Below are positions 50,473-59,389 of a stretch of DNA of 64,000 bases, piece by piece. A program made the position numbers and the translations under genes. The stretch's first letter is position 1, and every line of letters starts with the position of its first letter. Source of the DNA: an uncultured Bdellovibrionales bacterium (lineage in GTDB: Bacteria; Bdellovibrionota_C; UBA2361; SZUA-149; DAOLCO01); NCBI GenBank assembly GCA_964353175.1, contig CAYGUX010000013.1, positions 544-64,543 on the forward strand. The letters run 5' to 3'. Under the pieces are notes generated by a model, which saw only the letters and a list, made by a program, of their open reading frames with translations, ran no database searches and was not told the DNA's origin.

Positions 50473-51711
50473 TTAATTTTCACCTATCTTTTCACCGAAA
50501 ATTTTCGGCAATGTAAATTGAAATGTTGTGGTAAATTGTCTAAGAATTTTACGAAAGAGATCCTGATTATCTTCTCCCATTGGCGTAGGCTCATGAACTG
50601 CGTATGCCCCATGACTCAATAAATTTAAGGCTCGATTAAATAAGGCCTCATTCTCCTGATTATCAAGAGCAGCAAGACAGAAAGAAATTTTAGAGTGTCC
50701 GAAAAAAGCTGCTGTCTTTTCCATAATAGTACGAAGCGCATTAAAATGAAACGTATAAAGAATTCCACTTTCCGGATCTGCAGCCTTATGCAATTCAGCA
50801 AGAGTAGCTACATGATGAAAAAAAGGAGTATCTTCTGTTGAGCGAAGCGTATATGATCCTTCACCATTTGGGCGATGAAGAAAATAGCGTTTATGATTAA
50901 TTCCTTTCTCAACTCCCTTCTTTCTTCCTATCTCGTTACACATCACATTAAAGAAGAGTGAATGATGAGTGGAAACTACGATTTTTAAAGGGTCGGAAGT
51001 TTTACTTTCATTAACGCGCTTTACTGCCTTTCGTAAAAGCTCAGAAAGATCACAAGCAACCGCAATAGCGTTGTTGTCATCTAGAGAAGAAATCGGATCG
51101 TCAATGTAAATGTACTTGACCCATCCGTATGCCTCATGTCCATCAATAACTCTCTCACAGATGGCCATGAAGATACACCAGACAAAAATAATTTCTTCAC
51201 CGCGAGAGATTTTTATATTTTCATCTTCGTTGTCTTCCTTCTCCTCTTTCCCCTTTTCTCCTTTATCCCGACTCTTTTTGAAAGTCTCCTTTCTAAAAGT
51301 AATAAAGTGAGGTCTGGAAAATGATTCTTCACCTTTTTGAATCTCTTTATATTCAATATTAAACTTAAAATCTGCGTAACGATCAAGGTACATTGCAATC
51401 GTCGGTTCAAGATCAAGGCTTGAAAAACCTTCAAAAAATCTAGAGTACTCGTTAATCTTCAAGCCCCTTTGAGAATCATTCTCTAAATCGTTTTCCCAAG
51501 TAAAAAGGTCTTCGGTAAACGCATTGAAATAAAGGGTATTAGGCTTGCCACCATTTTTATTTTTACACCGATCCTTAAACCCCATAGACAATCTAGTTTT
51601 TCCTGTCCGATTATAGGCATATAGAAGTACAATATCCTCGTTGTTAAGATCATCTCGAATCCGATCTACTAAACGATTTAAAGTTTGAAAGCTCTTTACT
51701 CCCTCGCTCAT
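50473..51711 (-). CDS. prrC: PrrC-type anticodon nuclease (ABC ATPase plus HEPN)
   Basis: YAYNRTGKTRLS (Walker A), YFNAFTEDLFTWEND (PrrC box), ISRGEE, IDDPISSLD, STHH and RALNLLSH; embedded in the hsd operon. Confidence 0.88.
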   Translation of the reverse strand: MSEGVKSFQTLNRLVDRIRDDLNNEDIVLLYAYNRTGKTRLSMGFKDRCKNKNGGKPNTLYFNAFTEDLFTWENDLENDSQRGLKINEYSRFFEGFSSLDLEPTIAMYLDRYADFKFNIEYKEIQKGEESFSRPHFITFRKETFKKSRDKGEKGKEEKEDNEDENIKISRGEEIIFVWCIFMAICERVIDGHEAYGWVKYIYIDDPISSLDDNNAIAVACDLSELLRKAVKRVNESKTSDPLKIVVSTHHSLFFNVMCNEIGRKKGVEKGINHKRYFLHRPNGEGSYTLRSTEDTPFFHHVATLAELHKAADPESGILYTFHFNALRTIMEKTAAFFGHSKISFCLAALDNQENEALFNRALNLLSHGAYAVHEPTPMGEDNQDLFRKILRQFTTTFQFTLPKIFGEKIGEN

Positions 51712-52949
51712 TCTGACACCTTATCCACAATTGGAAAAAGCTGTTGCATTAAACCTTTTTTATGAGCTTTAAGATCTTTGATCTTTTTATCTTCAGCAGC
51801 AATTAAATCATCAAGGGAAGAGAGGCAGTCTGAGATTTTTAGTTGTTCTGTTACATCTGGAACTGTAAATTCAATCTCAGAAAATTGATTAAAGCTAATC
51901 ATCTTACCATCTCGAAGTCCTTCAAGATTCTTCGTAAGAATTTTAATAAAAGATTGTGTTTTAAATAATTGCCTGAAAAATCCATCTATAATTTCTATTT
52001 TTTTTCTTAAAATTACATAGGCAGGACTACAGATGCCCTTAAAATACGAATATTCAATACCTCCTTGAAATGACCTAAGGCTAATAATAAAATCACCAAT
52101 TTCTACAACCTTATAACTTTGTATACTCTTTTCCGTCGCCGACACATGGTAATTTATTAAATCTCTAGGAATTGCCCCGTGCTCTTGTGTTATTGCTAGT
52201 ACTGGTAGGTCAGAATCATGTTCCTTGTTACTTATCTGATGAAAAACATCCGATCCCTTGAATTCCTCCCACTCCCCCTCAAACCCCGGAAACCTCAATT
52301 CCGGAACACTCGCCCCTTCAGCCGGAAATAGATTCTGCATCAAGCCTTTTTTGTAGGTCTTAAGTGCTTCGTGTTTTTTTGTATGCGCGGTGATTAGATC
52401 ATCAAGGGATGAGAGGCAGTCGGCGATTTTTTGTCTCTCATCTACGCTGTCGGGAACCCAAAACCTATATTTTTTTAGTTGTCCTCCATTTATTGAATTG
52501 ATGGTGGCACCTAAGTCAGCAGATACCTGTTTTTGATAATTCTCTGTTTGAAGCAGTTGAAATACAAAATCGGGACCTAACGATCGCAAAACCGTCATAA
52601 ATGCGCCATGCGTGCATCGCGGAAGACCTGAGGGTATTAATGCATTTTTACCAATTAAAGGCTTCGAACCATTTCTTACACAAATGAGGATATCTTTAGG
52701 TTGAGATAAATTAGCTCCTTTAATATCGTCTCGAACATATACATTATCCTCTAAATAGATATTGCCATTCTGAACGTTCGAAGATCTTAAAACCAGAAGT
52801 CCATCTTTTCTCAAATCGCTAGGGCTATAAGTAAGGCCGGACACTAGCTCGCCCAGCTTACTTAATTTTGTTTCAGTCCAATCACTTCCCCCCTCAAACC
52901 CCGGAAACCTCAACTTGGGCACTAAACCCTTCCCCTTCTTCTTACTCAT
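51708..52949 (-). CDS. hsdS: Type I R-M specificity subunit
   Basis: Two TRDs, each preceded by P(K/E)LRFPGFEG and followed by KI.DCLSSLDDLI...KKGLMQ.LFP. Confidence 0.96.
   Translation of the reverse strand: MSKKKGKGLVPKLRFPGFEGGSDWTETKLSKLGELVSGLTYSPSDLRKDGLLVLRSSNVQNGNIYLEDNVYVRDDIKGANLSQPKDILICVRNGSKPLIGKNALIPSGLPRCTHGAFMTVLRSLGPDFVFQLLQTENYQKQVSADLGATINSINGGQLKKYRFWVPDSVDERQKIADCLSSLDDLITAHTKKHEALKTYKKGLMQNLFPAEGASVPELRFPGFEGEWEEFKGSDVFHQISNKEHDSDLPVLAITQEHGAIPRDLINYHVSATEKSIQSYKVVEIGDFIISLRSFQGGIEYSYFKGICSPAYVILRKKIEIIDGFFRQLFKTQSFIKILTKNLEGLRDGKMISFNQFSEIEFTVPDVTEQLKISDCLSSLDDLIAAEDKKIKDLKAHKKGLMQQLFPIVDKVSE
52274..52913 (+). repeat. 25-bp exact direct repeat inside hsdS (52274-52298 and 52889-52913)
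   Basis: CCCCCTCAAACCCCGGAAACCTCAA occurs twice; second near-identical pair ATCATCAAGGGA(A/T)GAGAGGCAGTC at about 51807 and 52398. Confidence 0.9.
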
Positions 52950-55900
52950 AAGCAGCCAGCCCCGAAATTTCTCTTCCTCGCGCTAGCTTCTTAAGCATTG
53001 GCGCTAAATCTTCCATTAACGTAAGCTCTGCTTGACTTCTTACCTTCCATCCTAAGTCCAAAGGCTCAAACAACTCACTCAAGCGTTCACCATCAAAAAT
53101 CATTCGACCTAAAATGCCATCAACGAACTCTTGTAAGATCTCTTTCTTAATTCGATGCTTCTCCGCCAACTCTCCTAATTCCTTTGCCAATTTTTCAGCT
53201 TTAAAACGTTCATATCCACGACGAACATCTTTCTCGTTAAGGCTGGTATTTGGAGTTAGACTATTGATGTAATCTACAATGTCTTCACGCTCATCCATTA
53301 AGTTTGAGCTTGAACAAATTAAATCAATTAATTGCCGCCGACTCATTTTTTGCTTGCTTGATTTATCATCTGTTGATTTCGCAATTAAGCCCATGATGTA
53401 ATCATAATCAATCAGGGCTGAAGCAAAAAGCACCAATTCGAATTCTAACTGCCGTACAGGATCATCTGCTTTGCTCTTACCTTGCTCCACCTTTAGTCGC
53501 TCAGCGGTTTCTAAATACGAACCTCTGAATGAACGCATTTGATCTTCAGGTAATAACTGCTCAATCTTTTCCTTCTGTTCAGAAGTTAAATCAGTATATT
53601 GATCCAACTGAGTTTTTAATCTCTGAACTTCCTTAAATCGATTTACGAACTCGATTCTGGCTGTGTCACCTTTTAGGCTGTAAACTGCTTCAGGCTCACA
53701 TAAAAGATCACTTGAAGTCATGAAATTTCCAAGCGCGGCAACAGCCTTTTCATATTTTTCTATAACTACTGGCGCTGGATCAACCAGCCAAATTTCTTTA
53801 GAGCGGTTTATATCTTGCCCTGAAAATCGCGCGATTGCAGTATTTACAGCATCTTCTTGGTAGCGAAAATCAAGAATATTTCCATATGGCTTCGTATCGT
53901 TTAGTACGCGATTAGTACGAGAAAATGCTTGGATCAATCCATGATACTTGAGGTTCTTATCTACATACAAGGTATTAAGATATTTTGAATCAAAACCCGT
54001 AAGTAACATATCTACAACAATTGTAATGTCGATCTTATTCTTACGTGGATAGTCCTGACTCGAATACTTTTGATCTTTAATCCTCTGCTGCACATCTTGA
54101 TAATATAGGTCGAATTCGTTGATGCTATGGTTTCTATCGTACTGCTCATTATAGTCAGATATGATTATTTTTAAGGCTGCCTTTTTCTCATCAGGAGATT
54201 GCTTGTTATCTTCTTTTTCCTGTGGCAGGTCCTCTTGAATCTGTTGCACATCTCTATTACCTTCCGCTGGAGGCGAGAATACACAGGCGACATTTAAATG
54301 CACGTAGCCTTCATCTTGAGCCAGCATTTTTGCCTGAGCTTCTTTTAACAATTCGTAATATTGGATTGCATCATTGATAGAAGAGGTCGCAAGTAAGGCA
54401 TTAAATCTTCTATGATTTGTTGCGCTATCATGTTTTTTAAGAATTTCAGCTACTACCAATTGGGGCGAGGCATGTCTAGGCTTTACCTTGTTCTTACCAT
54501 CTGTAGAAGCATTTTTAGGCTTTTCTCCGAAGTAATCGACATGAAATCGCAATACATTTCTATCATCAATTGCATTTGTAATCGTGTAAGCATGAAGCTG
54601 CTTCTCAAATATATCTTCAGTTGTAAGATACGAACCTATTGTACCATCTACCTTATTATAACTGGCATTGTCGTCAAAAATGGGTGTTCCAGTAAAGCCA
54701 AATAATTGCGCCCTTGGGAAAAAAGTTTTTATAGCCTGATGATTTTCACCAAACTGAGAACGGTGACATTCATCAAAGATGAATACTATCCGTTGATTTC
54801 TAAGGGGCTGAAGACGCTCCTTGTAAGTTTCCCTTCCACCTTGCTTGATTTGCTGATTTCGCTTGCTATTTTCATCTAACGCAAGTCCCAGTTTTTGAAT
54901 TGTAGTAACGATGACCTTATCGGCATAATCGTCTGATAGCATTCGACGAACCAGTGTCTCAGTATTGGTATTCTCTTCTACGCAACCCTCTTGAAACTTA
55001 TTGAACTCGTCTCTAGTTTGTTTATCCAGATCTTTACGGTCAACTACGAACAGGCATTTGTCGATGTCAGGATTATCTTTTAATAGGGTAGATGCTTTAA
55101 AAGAGGTAAGAGTCTTACCACTTCCAGTTGTATGCCAGATGTATCCATTCCCACGATTTTGGTGTATGCAATCAACGATCGCCTTAACAGCATATATTTG
55201 ATACGGACGCATCATCATCAATTTTTGTTCGCTTACAACCAAGACCATATAGCGGCTTATCATCTGACCTAGGGTGCATTTAGCAAGAAAGTTCTCTGCA
55301 AAATCGTCTAGGTGGGTGATCTTTGTATTATCTTCTTTTGCCAGCTGATAGATGGGTAAAAATCGCTCATCCGCGTCAAAGCTAAAATGCTGATTGTGGT
55401 TATTTGCAAAGTAGAGAGTATTGTCCCTATTGCTTACTATGAAAAGCTGGACGAAGCATAATAAAGTGTTCTCATAGCCGTTTCCAAGATCATTTTTGTA
55501 GTCGACAATCTGCTCCATCGCACGGCGAGGAGTGAGGCCCAAGGTCTTTAGTTCTATTTGAACAACTGGAATACCATTTATAAGTAGTATTACGTCATAC
55601 CGGTGATGGCTGCTATCTGTATTAATCCGAAGTTGATTAATTACTTCAAAATCGTTTTTGCACCAATCTTTAATATTAACGAGGGTGTACTGAAGAGGTG
55701 TTCCATCTTCGCGCTGAAAGGTGTTTCTTTCTCTTAAAGTTTTAGAGGCATTAAAGACATCCGAATCTACTATCTCATCTCGGAGGCGAGCGAATTCAGA
55801 ATCGGTCAGTTTTACCTGATTTAGGGCTTGAAACTTTTCACGAAAATTCTGCTCGAGAGTTAGCTTGTCACGAATATCAGGCCTGTATGCGTATTTGAGA

Positions 55901-55950
55901 TCCTTAAGTTTCTCAATTAATGCTTGTTCGATCTGCTGCTCTTTAGTCAT
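52942..55950 (-). CDS. hsdR: Type I restriction endonuclease subunit R (EcoR124-like)
   Basis: RYDV..LINGIPVVQIELK, WHTTGSGKT, DECHRSQFG, FTGTP, MLLTGFD and QAFSRTNR motifs. Confidence 0.97.
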   Translation of the reverse strand: MTKEQQIEQALIEKLKDLKYAYRPDIRDKLTLEQNFREKFQALNQVKLTDSEFARLRDEIVDSDVFNASKTLRERNTFQREDGTPLQYTLVNIKDWCKNDFEVINQLRINTDSSHHRYDVILLINGIPVVQIELKTLGLTPRRAMEQIVDYKNDLGNGYENTLLCFVQLFIVSNRDNTLYFANNHNQHFSFDADERFLPIYQLAKEDNTKITHLDDFAENFLAKCTLGQMISRYMVLVVSEQKLMMMRPYQIYAVKAIVDCIHQNRGNGYIWHTTGSGKTLTSFKASTLLKDNPDIDKCLFVVDRKDLDKQTRDEFNKFQEGCVEENTNTETLVRRMLSDDYADKVIVTTIQKLGLALDENSKRNQQIKQGGRETYKERLQPLRNQRIVFIFDECHRSQFGENHQAIKTFFPRAQLFGFTGTPIFDDNASYNKVDGTIGSYLTTEDIFEKQLHAYTITNAIDDRNVLRFHVDYFGEKPKNASTDGKNKVKPRHASPQLVVAEILKKHDSATNHRRFNALLATSSINDAIQYYELLKEAQAKMLAQDEGYVHLNVACVFSPPAEGNRDVQQIQEDLPQEKEDNKQSPDEKKAALKIIISDYNEQYDRNHSINEFDLYYQDVQQRIKDQKYSSQDYPRKNKIDITIVVDMLLTGFDSKYLNTLYVDKNLKYHGLIQAFSRTNRVLNDTKPYGNILDFRYQEDAVNTAIARFSGQDINRSKEIWLVDPAPVVIEKYEKAVAALGNFMTSSDLLCEPEAVYSLKGDTARIEFVNRFKEVQRLKTQLDQYTDLTSEQKEKIEQLLPEDQMRSFRGSYLETAERLKVEQGKSKADDPVRQLEFELVLFASALIDYDYIMGLIAKSTDDKSSKQKMSRRQLIDLICSSSNLMDEREDIVDYINSLTPNTSLNEKDVRRGYERFKAEKLAKELGELAEKHRIKKEILQEFVDGILGRMIFDGERLSELFEPLDLGWKVRSQAELTLMEDLAPMLKKLARGREISGLAAYE

Positions 55951-56167
55951 TTATTGATAATAAATTTTATAGGAATGTTTGAATTAGTATTCAAACTTAT
56001 ATTACGTTCTTTTAACATACGAAAGCCGTTAAAACTATAGAATCCTATTGTTTGTTTTCCCCAATTCACTCTCTCGCGCATGCATATTTATTACTTTCTA
56101 ATAGTGCAACGCTTCATTGCACTATTAAATCCTGGCATAGAATTTAATTTTACCCTCAAATAGATCA

Positions 56168-56219
56168 TTAAATTAGTAGCCAGGTAGTTAAATTAGTAGG
56201 TTGGCCACTAGCCTACAGG
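56168..56219 (+). repeat. Island repeat R3 (partial plus type A)
   Basis: TTAAATTAGTAGC-CAGGTAGTTAAATTAGTAGGTTGGCCACTAGCCTACAGG. Confidence 0.9.
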
Positions 56220-56303
56220 CACTATTGAAATACCCAAAGATTAGAAAAAAGAAGAGTAAAAACACTAAGGAAAAGATTCTCCAAATAAACTGCAAAGAAG
56301 AAA

Positions 56304-56322
56304 AAAGGACCCCGAGTCCTTT
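56304..56322 (-). terminator. Intrinsic terminator of 56384..56863
   Basis: AAAGGAC-CCCGA-GTCCTTT stem followed by a T run on the minus strand. Confidence 0.65.
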
Positions 56323-56383
56323 ACTTTGAAAACCTTTTAAGTAGAAGATTTTGGGGTCATGGGCCAATGAGAAGATGATCTCC

Positions 56384-56863
56384 TCATTGTATTTGCAATA
56401 GTTCGCTCCCAGCACTAGTTATGGAATAAGTACCCTTTTCCAGTTTAGCTAATCCCAACTTAGCCAGAGAAGTCATGTAACTTCCAACTCCGCTTATACG
56501 GCCAGGATCTTCCTTCGCTTGGACATGAAGAGTGTTTCTGATGAACACGCTATTTTTAGGTCCATGCTCTTGGAGGAGGTGCAAAATAGACAACAATTGT
56601 TCTCCTTCCCGATGGAAGTCCTTAGTCGTGCCATGGTCTACCATTAACGAGGCCAGATTACGAAGTTGCTTCTGTCTGGGCATTGGAACTCCAGACAAGT
56701 CCGCTACTTCCTCCACCAATCTTGCCAACTCTGCTTGGATATTTACCATTGTATCCTGAATGCATTTAAGCCTTTTCAGAATAGCTGATACATTTACCTT
56801 CTTCTGCGCATCGCTACTACTCATAACGAACCTTTCAACTGAACCTAAAATTCGAGGCCACAT
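56384..56863 (-). CDS. Hypothetical protein, N-terminal coiled coil plus probable C-terminal winged HTH
   Basis: SYMTSLAKLGLAKLEKGTYSITSAGSELL resembles a wHTH wing; has its own terminator; start may be ATG 56824. Confidence 0.6.
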   Translation of the reverse strand: MWPRILGSVERFVMSSSDAQKKVNVSAILKRLKCIQDTMVNIQAELARLVEEVADLSGVPMPRQKQLRNLASLMVDHGTTKDFHREGEQLLSILHLLQEHGPKNSVFIRNTLHVQAKEDPGRISGVGSYMTSLAKLGLAKLEKGTYSITSAGSELLQIQ

Positions 56864-56990
56864 TAACCATACATCAAAATCATAGGAAACAATAGTGGCT
56901 GCAAATTATTTTCAAATAGTCCCTTTCCCGTATGCTGAAGATATCATCCTGCTTGTTGCAAAATGCCTTGATTTCATTAGATCTTTCAAA

Positions 56991-57030
56991 TAGTTAGATA
57001 AGTAGCTAGGCTACTAGCCGACTCTAACTA
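56991..57030 (+). repeat. Island repeat R4 (type B)
   Basis: TAGTTAGA-TAAGTAGCTA-GGCTACTAGCC-GAC-TCTAACTA; 8-bp outer and 5-bp inner inverted repeats. Confidence 0.92.
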
Positions 57031-57217
57031 AATCAATCCCATCCTTAGAAAAAAAACTTACACCTTCTGTTTTACTAACAGAGTGAGTTGATGGCCGAAG
57101 CTCACTTGAAGCTAAAAGCAAATTATCGTTTAAAAGATTAATGCTATAGGAGCACCCATAGAAAGAAGACAGAATCAATATAAGAACAAAAACTCTCATT
57201 TCCCCAAACACCCACAT
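57014..57217 (-). pseudogene. Truncated, diverged 5' copy of the cocE-family gene
   Basis: MRVFVLI...SKDGIDL matches 43268..45037 at 53/57 aa, then runs into repeat R4. Confidence 0.92.
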
Positions 57218-57590
57218 TTAAAAAATACCCCTAGCTCTAATTTCCTTTAATACAACCTTATATCTAGTCGCAATGAACTAACAGAAGTAAGTAGCAAGCC
57301 CACGTAACCACACAAAAACCACGCATAATTAGATGCCCACTTCACAACCTAAGGCTCATAATAATATGAATACAGACTATAGTCATAGACAATCCTGCTC
57401 TTAGTTGGAATTGAAAGTAGTTTGCAGAAATTCAAGCAGGCAATTATGCAGTATTAAGGTGGCATTATTGCGTTGTGCTTAGTCGCTGTGGCTAAGCAAT
57501 GCACTGAGAAGAGTTCGGGGAAGAGAAGGAATAACTCTACTTTTATCAAATTTATCAGATGGTTAAATAGGTACGTAGGCTACTAGCCGA
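57029..57590 (+). repeat. Long direct repeat copy 2
   Basis: Aligns with 44849-45395 (offset 12180 at the left end). Confidence 0.92.
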
Positions 57591-57598
57591 CTCTAACT
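57558..57598 (+). repeat. Island repeat R5 (type B)
   Basis: GATGGTTAAATAGGTACGTAGGCTACTAGCCGACTCTAACT; 39 bp identical to 48800-48838. Confidence 0.93.
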
Positions 57599-57627
57599 GA
57601 GAATTGGGGAATTAATAAGATAAGGAA

Positions 57628-57660
57628 CAAAAAAGCCCTCACCAAAGCGTGGGAAGGGCA
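57628..57660 (-). terminator. Intrinsic terminator of 57692..58300
   Basis: GCCCT...AGGGC stem followed by TTTTTT on the minus strand. Confidence 0.55.
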
Positions 57661-57691
57661 ATTGCTCAGAATTTGGAAAAGCACGTTTGGA

Positions 57692-58300
57692 CTATTCGAG
57701 TATCTGATTAAGACACCTCATGAACGCGTCATTGCTACCGATTTCCGAGGACACCACTGAAGCTTCCAAGACGGGGGCGTCTACTGCGACCAGAGAGAGA
57801 CGGAATTCTCGGCACCAATTTGCACTATCAAGTCCAATCTCTTTCAGAAGACCACTCCAGTTGCAGCTACCCAGAGACAACAGCAGCAAGAGCTTATAAG
57901 TCGCCGTCCTCTTTTCCGTCGGAACATCAATGATTTTTCCGTATTCCAGTTTGCAGAATTTCTGCCACTTTTCGAGAACGTCAAACCATTCAATTGCGGC
58001 AGACCTTACATCCCGAACAGTCTTGATCTTTCTGCTACCGATTGTAAATTCGAAATCCATTCCCTCTACGGTAGTACAAATAGAGTCAATTTCTTCTAGC
58101 GAGCAGACATCAAAAAGAAATTTTGTTACCCCTCCATTATAGCTCAGATCAGCCCATTGGATAGAGAACTCCTTGTTTCCCAAGTCACTGGTAGAGATTA
58201 GTAACATTACTCGAATACTAGTCATCTCAAAACTCCCGTCACGTAACCTAAAAACCTTTACCTTACCCACACTAGGTGAGGTACTCATAAAGAAGCACAA
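57692..58300 (-). CDS. Hypothetical protein (ORFan-like; start probably ATG 58288)
   Basis: About 200-aa ORF with a downstream terminator; no family recognised. Confidence 0.6.
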   Translation of the reverse strand: MCFFMSTSPSVGKVKVFRLRDGSFEMTSIRVMLLISTSDLGNKEFSIQWADLSYNGGVTKFLFDVCSLEEIDSICTTVEGMDFEFTIGSRKIKTVRDVRSAAIEWFDVLEKWQKFCKLEYGKIIDVPTEKRTATYKLLLLLSLGSCNWSGLLKEIGLDSANWCREFRLSLVAVDAPVLEASVVSSEIGSNDAFMRCLNQILE

Positions 58301-58323
58301 TTATGCTTCTTTATGAGTACCTC
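58278..58323. repeat. Perfect 20-bp inverted repeat with 6-nt loop over the start codon
   Basis: GAGGTACTCATAAAGAAGCA-CAATTA-TGCTTCTTTATGAGTACCTC. Confidence 0.95.
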
Positions 58324-58429
58324 TTATTTATTTTACCCAAATTGAATTTTAAAAGAGCAGTAGTTAGGTCGGAATAATAGCATTTAGATGAGTTGTAAGC
58401 AATAGGCTGTCCCAGGCTTCAGACAATTC

Positions 58430-58463
58430 CAGATGGTTAAACTAGTAGGTAGGCCACTAGCCC
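58430..58463 (+). repeat. Island repeat R6 (type A)
   Basis: CAGATGGTTAAACTAGTAGGTAGGCCACTAGCCC. Confidence 0.92.
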
Positions 58464-58538
58464 TGATTAGGTATATATTAGCTATGACTCAACCTTAGCA
58501 CGAAGCTCTAACAACAATGAATTTATGTGAGGAGTACC

Positions 58539-58573
58539 CAGGTAGTTAGGTCAGTAGGTAGGCCACTAGCCCC
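58539..58573 (+). repeat. Island repeat R7 (type A)
   Basis: CAGGTAGTTAGGTCAGTAGGTAGGCCACTAGCCCC. Confidence 0.92.
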
Positions 58574-58576
58574 AGG

Positions 58577-59206
58577 CTTACAGCTAACGAATTTTTCGAC
58601 CGCCAACTTGAAAAGATCCGAGAGATTAGGCTTTCTGAGCGCAAGTTTTATCAGAAGATTACTGATATCTACGCTACTGCATTAGATTATGATTCTTCAG
58701 CAAGTTCCACTAAACGTTTTTTTGCCGCTGTTCAAAATAAAATCCATTATGCTATTCATGGCAGTACGGCGGCTGAGGTGATAGTGGAGAGGGCAGACCA
58801 CACCAAAGATAATATGGGACTTACCAATTGGGATACTGCTCCAAAAGGTAAAATTCACAAATATGATGTTGTCGTCGCTAAAAACTATCTCTCAGACTTT
58901 GAGCTTGGGCAGATGGAGCGTATTGTATCTGCATATTTGGATATGGCAGAAATGCAGGCCATACGTAAAATTCCCATGACGATGAGCGACTGGGAGAAGC
59001 GCCTAAGTGGATTTCTGACGTTATGGGATAGAAATATCCTACAAGACGCTGGCAAAGTAACTGCTGAAATTGCGAAGGCTCATGCTGAAAGTGAATTTGA
59101 ATAATACCGCATCGTCCAGGATCACTTGTATGAATCAGATTTTGATCGACAGATAAAAGGATTGGAAGATCTCGAAAAGAGACTCTTAGAGCGTGTCGGG
59201 GGATGA
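58577..59206 (+). pseudogene. rhuM: RhuM family protein, 5' truncated, with internal stop
   Basis: EFFDRQLEKIREIRLSERKFYQKITDIYA...VQNKIHYAIHG.TAAE...AKNYL...ESEFE*YRIVQD.LYESDFD; TAA at 59102. Confidence 0.88.
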
Positions 59207-59262
59207 CGAGTAAGGGGAATTATATGGAGAAATTGTTAGATGGGGTGGAGGCGAAGAGGAAG
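59203..59262 (+). pseudogene. hsdS: 5' stub of a second hsdS gene
   Basis: ATGA overlap with the rhuM stop. MTSKGNYMEKLLDGVEAKRK resembles the type IC HsdS start (YLEKLLDGVEVEW) and is cut by repeat R8. Confidence 0.7.
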
Positions 59263-59311
59263 GTAGTTAGGTAGGTAACTTTTAATTAGTTAGGTAACTA
59301 GGCTACTAGCC
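59261..59311 (+). repeat. Island repeat R8 (composite)
   Basis: AGGTAGTTAGGTAGGTAAC-TTTTAATT-AGTTAGGTAACTAGGCTACTAGCC. Confidence 0.88.
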
Positions 59312-59389
59312 ACATCCATTCTCTCTGTTAGAAAACCATTCCACGACGACTAGTAGTTCTACATAGGCCCAAGGAATATTTTAATTCCT

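Noticed and set aside
56188-56415. 75-aa minus-strand ORF downstream of the wHTH gene
   Set aside because: It spans a terminator and repeat R3, and its Phe-rich composition comes from A-tracts.
59102-59104. Stop-codon readthrough or recoding in rhuM
   Set aside because: The gene already lacks its 5' half, so an AAA-to-TAA nonsense change is the simpler explanation; other genes use standard stops.
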